A stretch of DNA of 60,919 nucleotides. Origin: a virus (Duplodnaviria; Caudoviricetes). The position numbers were made by a program, and so were the translations under genes. Shown in pieces: positions 58,769 through 60,919 of the stretch. The notes below the pieces were generated by a model. The model had not been told where the DNA came from. It did not search any database and saw nothing but the letters and a program-made list of their open reading frames with translations. Each line of letters begins with the position of its first letter. The first letter of the stretch is position 1. The DNA lies in the IMG/VR virus record IMGVR_UViG_3300042991_000522, positions 1 to 60,919 of that record; one strand, 5' to 3'.

Positions 58769-59263
58769 TTATATATTATATTTCCTATAATCTAACATCC
58801 ACCTACAAGCATCTTTAACTGTATCTGTTACCAAATCACCCATTGAGATAAGTCTATTTTTATATTTTGTTGGTTCTTTTTCTAACAATTTTATCAATTT
58901 TTTTTCCATTTTATTATCTAAATTTAAAGCTTTCATTTTAGAATCAATAATATTAAATGCTGAATTTCTAATTTGTGGTGCTGTTATTGATGTACCTTTA
59001 GATTTAAATTGAGTATCAATTTGATAGAATATATTATTTGAATCATATTTTTTACTAGTTAGCATATCTTCAAATATACTCTTATAATCAAAATCAGCAT
59101 CATAAAAATCACTATATGTTAATTTATTTATATTACCATCAATATCAATATTTTTAATAAAATTTGTAATAAATATTTTTAATTCTTTACTATCTTCTTC
59201 ACCTAAATATTTATATTTGGATTTTCTTTCATATCTATCTTCAAATTTCTTTATAAATTTCAT
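58769..59263 (-). CDS. class A protein
   Basis: MKFIKKFE...RKYNI. Confidence 0.8.
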   Translation of the reverse strand: MKFIKKFEDRYERKSKYKYLGEEDSKELKIFITNFIKNIDIDGNINKLTYSDFYDADFDYKSIFEDMLTSKKYDSNNIFYQIDTQFKSKGTSITAPQIRNSAFNIIDSKMKALNLDNKMEKKLIKLLEKEPTKYKNRLISMGDLVTDTVKDACRWMLDYRKYNI

Positions 59264-59349
59264 TATATTGAATATATTTTTAAGTATATATTAATTTTTT
59301 TTATTAATAATATTTTTGTATATTTGCACAAAATTAAAATGTAATTATT

Positions 59350-59856
59350 ATGAAAAATTTATTTTTAGCATTATTTTTATCGTTTGGTTTATTAAATTCA
59401 GAATCTCAAATTGGAGAATTATCCAAATTTAAATTGAACAAAGACACAAAAAAAACAGTTATTAATAAATTAGAACAAAGTTCTTTTGTAGAAAACAAAC
59501 TGTTTGATGGAGTAACTGTCACTACTATTACTGTTGAAGACAAATTAAATTATAATAAATATGAATTTAAATTTGTTGGTAATAGTACCAATAGTGTTGA
59601 TGATACATTATATAGTATGAAATTTTATCCTTGCATTACTTATAACAAGGTGGAAGTAAATTCAAAGAAAATTAAAAATTGTGAAAAACAAATTGAAAAT
59701 TATATTAATTTTTTAAATAGAAATTATGAGGAAATTTTTAATAGACAAGAATGGTCAGATGAAGAAACATTAATTGAATATAAAGCTATTAGAAATGATG
59801 AATTTTTTATACATTATAGCAAAAAATTATTGGAAAAATATCCAAAATATAAATAA
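59350..59856 (+). CDS. putative exported protein
   Basis: signal-peptide-like N-terminus; TATATTTG at 59319-59326. Confidence 0.7.
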   Translation: MKNLFLALFLSFGLLNSESQIGELSKFKLNKDTKKTVINKLEQSSFVENKLFDGVTVTTITVEDKLNYNKYEFKFVGNSTNSVDDTLYSMKFYPCITYNKVEVNSKKIKNCEKQIENYINFLNRNYEEIFNRQEWSDEETLIEYKAIRNDEFFIHYSKKLLEKYPKYK

Positions 59857-59893
59857 TTTAATTATCTTTGTACAGTATTTAAAAATAAATATT

Positions 59894-60091
59894 ATGGTTT
59901 TTGGAAAATTAAGTGATATTGAAAAATTAAAACTCAAAAAAATTTGCAGGGTAAATGAAGAATTAAAAGGCTGGTTACCTTCAGATGATGATCATGTTAT
60001 TTTTAAAAATGGTCAACTTGATGCTCTTTTTTCTGAAAATTTAGAAATTGAATTTGAAAATAACAATATTAAGTCTGTAAATAGATTTTAA
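59894..60091 (+). CDS. hypothetical protein (start revised to MVFGKL)
   Basis: TATCTTTG at 59863-59870. Confidence 0.6.
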   Translation: MVFGKLSDIEKLKLKKICRVNEELKGWLPSDDDHVIFKNGQLDALFSENLEIEFENNNIKSVNRF

Positions 60092-60136
60092 TATTTTATA
60101 AATAAACCTTAAATTATTAATTAAAAATTAAAAATT

Positions 60137-60509
60137 ATGAAAAAAGTTGTATTAAGTCTTATTGTTATATTAAGCTTTGTTTTAGGTTTAATGTTGCCAC
60201 AAACAGCATTATCAAAAAACAAAAAAGAGAAAAGGGGCAATGGATGGTGTAGAATTCACTGACGAATCAGGTAATTTACTTGAAATTGGTCCAATTTATG
60301 AATTTACATTTACATTTATAATTGAAGAAAAAGAATCTTTAAAATATATAAATTCATTTCCTAAAAATACAGAATGTAATTTTAAAGTTAAACAGTGTAA
60401 AAACGTGTGTTTTGGTGGAACTTGTGAAGTTCAAGAAGTAACTTATTTAAATAATGTTGTTAATATAACAGTACTAACTAAAACTGTTTCGAGTACAAAG
60501 GCTTTTTGA
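60137..60509 (+). CDS. putative exported protein, frameshifted near 60230
   Basis: MKKVVLSLIVILSFVLGLMLPQTALS signal peptide joins 60240..60509 after a 1-nt shift. Confidence 0.55.
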
Positions 60510-60919
60510 TTTTGTTTTTTAAATCAGATATTGTTGATTTATGACCAATAAGTTCATAAGGTATACTTAACTTCCATAATATATCTTCTGAACTTTTATC
60601 ATGACTAGTTAAATAAATTTTTTTGATATATTTTATAATATTTGGTATTTCTTTAGTTACTATTAATTCTTCTGATATATCATGATCAGATGCATCCTTA
60701 TTTGTTTTTAAATCCCAATATTGTTTGCCATATTTTTTGTTTCTTAAAGCTTTATCTACTTTATCATTTAATTTTGGTGACTTTCCTTTTATACTATGAC
60801 CCCATTCATCACCACTATACCATAAATAATAATCTGGATTTTCAGAAAATGGTATAATTTTATAATTATCACTTAATTTTTGAGTATCAAATTCTATAAC
60901 AGCACCACCATAATATCTT
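60478..60919 (-). CDS. 3' part of a gene entering from beyond the window end
   Basis: Open frame DYGGAVIEFDTQKLSDNYKIIPF...SEELIV...KYIKKIYL...KQF*. Confidence 0.65.
   Translation of the reverse strand, partial: RYYGGAVIEFDTQKLSDNYKIIPFSENPDYYLWYSGDEWGHSIKGKSPKLNDKVDKALRNKKYGKQYWDLKTNKDASDHDISEELIVTKEIPNIIKYIKKIYLTSHDKSSEDILWKLSIPYELIGHKSTISDLKNKIKKPLYSKQF

Noticed and set aside
1-60919. tRNA or rRNA genes
   Set aside because: No cloverleaf with a T-loop GTTCRA arm and no rRNA-like GC-rich tract seen by eye; tRNAscan would be needed to exclude them formally

Overview
Very AT-rich (roughly 20% GC by eye), gene-dense segment of a large T4-like (jumbo) phage genome. The host is most likely Bacteroidota, judging by TAnnTTTG promoters, no Shine-Dalgarno sequences and an Oar-type TonB-dependent receptor. 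Recognisable genes: gp32-like SSB, five homing-endonuclease-like genes, a beta-class DNA methyltransferase split at an A15 tract, cytidylyltransferase, epimerase, GT4 glycosyltransferase, HD/(p)ppGpp-hydrolase-like protein, Nudix, ferritin, CheY-like receiver, ankyrin proteins, a minimal PolA-superfamily polymerase, and degenerate terminase-ATPase and major-capsid paralogues. The dominant feature is about 90 small genes in two mutually exclusive tagged classes (manual counts). Class A (~40 genes) starts MK(H/Y)(L/I)Kx(Y/F)E, ends (K)YN(I/L/V)-stop, is joined head-to-tail by a recurring ~35-bp junction and is preceded by a TATATAA motif. Class B (~49 genes) carries RxxK(L/I)xx(L/I) near the C-terminus and several of its units are preceded by host-type TAnnTTTG promoters. 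The variable cores between the tags are partly shared by both classes. My working hypothesis (inference) is a two-address effector library: late-expressed, capsid-packaged cargo versus early-expressed docking proteins. A perfect parS palindrome lies inside a terminator hairpin. Several homopolymer frameshifts suggest long-read errors. All family assignments are from motif recognition; no searches were run.
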